Shown here piece after piece: positions 62,501 through 64,000 of a DNA stretch of 64,000 bases. This DNA comes from Tubulanus polymorphus (lineage: Eukaryota > Animalia > Nemertea): the NCBI RefSeq assembly GCF_964204645.1, contig NC_134027.1, forward strand, positions 24,080,560 to 24,144,559, written 5' to 3'. The translations under genes were made by a program, and so were the position numbers. Every line of letters starts with the position of its first letter. Within the stretch, counting starts at the first letter, position 1. The notes under the pieces are model-generated. The model had not been told where the DNA came from. It saw only the letters and a list, made by a program, of their open reading frames with translations, and did no database searches.

Positions 62501-64000
62501 CAACGGTTATTTTAAAACAGATTGATGGTTATTTTTCATAAATTATTCATGTCGTTTTCTCTTTTTTTCCGTGTTTTTCAGACCCGAAAGGTAAATCGGC
62601 AGTTTTTCTATTTTCACGATATCGCATGCGCTGAAACAAGTACAATGAAAAAAACATATATAAGATTAATTATTTGCAAATGTCGAAAAGAATATCATCC
62701 ATTATACGAAAAATCCCGATCATAGCTCGAAAAACCTCCGCGACTTATTGAGAGCGTGGGCCTTAGATAAGATCCTACGTACGTAGCGATATTTGGCCTT
62801 CGGTAGACCGGTCCCTAGCACTTAGTTGAGAGAGAGCATTACTGTTTTATTTTCATCGAAATGAAAAAATGTATTGTTTAGCACTTGTTCCGGCGCATTA
62901 GCACCAGGGCAAACTGTTGTTTACTATACTTAATAATTATGTAACCAGTCTGTGACCTAATTGTCGTGACTTGCAACGGGAAAATATATGTAAATACGAG
63001 CAGATAAACAACATTTATAGATGAAATAAGCTGATAACGTCAAGGGTTGTTTCATATATACGTGTTTTTTGTGTATGTCTGGAGTTTAAAAAGTCAATCG
63101 CCTTCCATATATGGTGTCAGTATGCCGGTTATGTATAGACGCCTATGTATTAAATGTTTAAGAGAACAAAATATGGACTGGTTGACCCCCCATATATACA
63201 GGGTATGATATGGGTCCATCGTCTAAATACTGTTCTGTTTTTTTACAATTTTTTGAAATGTTTGAACGTCATTTATGAAAAATTTGTTAATTGTATCATT
63301 TTCGACCGAGAAATTTCTCCATTCACCTGCGGCAGATTTGCCCGGGAGTTTTTGTGGGAAAAATTAGGGAAAACTGAAGGGCATTTGTAAATGGGTGGAA
63401 AGTGGCCACCCTGTTGAATACCAAAATATTGATTATGACTGGTTTATTTTCATTACTGTGGAAGACTGGACTACATTTATGCGAATATAAGCCTCTGATA
63501 TCATGGAGGGCAGACAAACACTTGCTGTACTATGTTGACATATTGAAATCCTCTTTGAACCAGTGGCATAGTGGAGACTTTTAAGAGGCCATCATAGTTC
63601 AATCGCTAATCTAAGAACTTAAGTCTTTGGACTTGAGACCACTTTCAGACTTAAAGTCTCGACGGCCCAACTGGGCCCTAGTGGCTCTCAGGTGGATTAG
63701 ATACTGAAAGTGAGTTAATTACAACTCTTCGAGCCAAACTACACCGAGCACTGCAGACTGATAGCAATGACGATATTCATTTTGTAGTCATATTAAATCA
63801 TGGTTACAAAAAATTCATTATAGATATGGGAAATTGATGATAGGGACCACTTTTTCCCATGTATGATTTGTACATGCGTAAGGCGTGGCCCTTAATATTC
63901 TAGCTAATATTGCGTATGCCATATTGCATCTTCTACGATACCAGTGAACGTCATCAAATTATTCAAGTATACTTCACTGACGTCCTAGTTCGAGATTGAG

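Overview
This is intron-rich, AT-rich animal genomic DNA (probably a lophotrochozoan invertebrate, by inference), not prokaryotic. Exons were assembled by hand from GT-AG sites and codon phase. Genes found: the 5' part of a membrane-anchored prolyl-4-hydroxylase-like gene (-); a C18orf21/RMP24-like RNase MRP subunit (+); a 7-coding-exon HEMK1/PrmC methyltransferase (+) with two convergent tRNA-Pro(UGG) genes in its introns; a complete 6-coding-exon NUAK kinase (-, 545 aa) with an intronless rhodopsin-class GPCR nested on the same strand; and the 5' part of filamin (+), head-to-head with NUAK. Introns are crowded with MITEs of several superfamilies and with tandem arrays that look amplified from MITE ends. 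The most interesting signals are: (i) short non-coding Penelope-like insertions carrying minimal hammerhead ribozymes, two of which share an unusual 5' 'tail-first' layout between long direct repeats; (ii) an inverted tRNA pair bracketing a frame-preserving HEMK1 exon; (iii) a candidate alternative first exon and two 9-nt microexons of filamin. None is proven novel, and all homology calls come from recognised motifs, not database searches.
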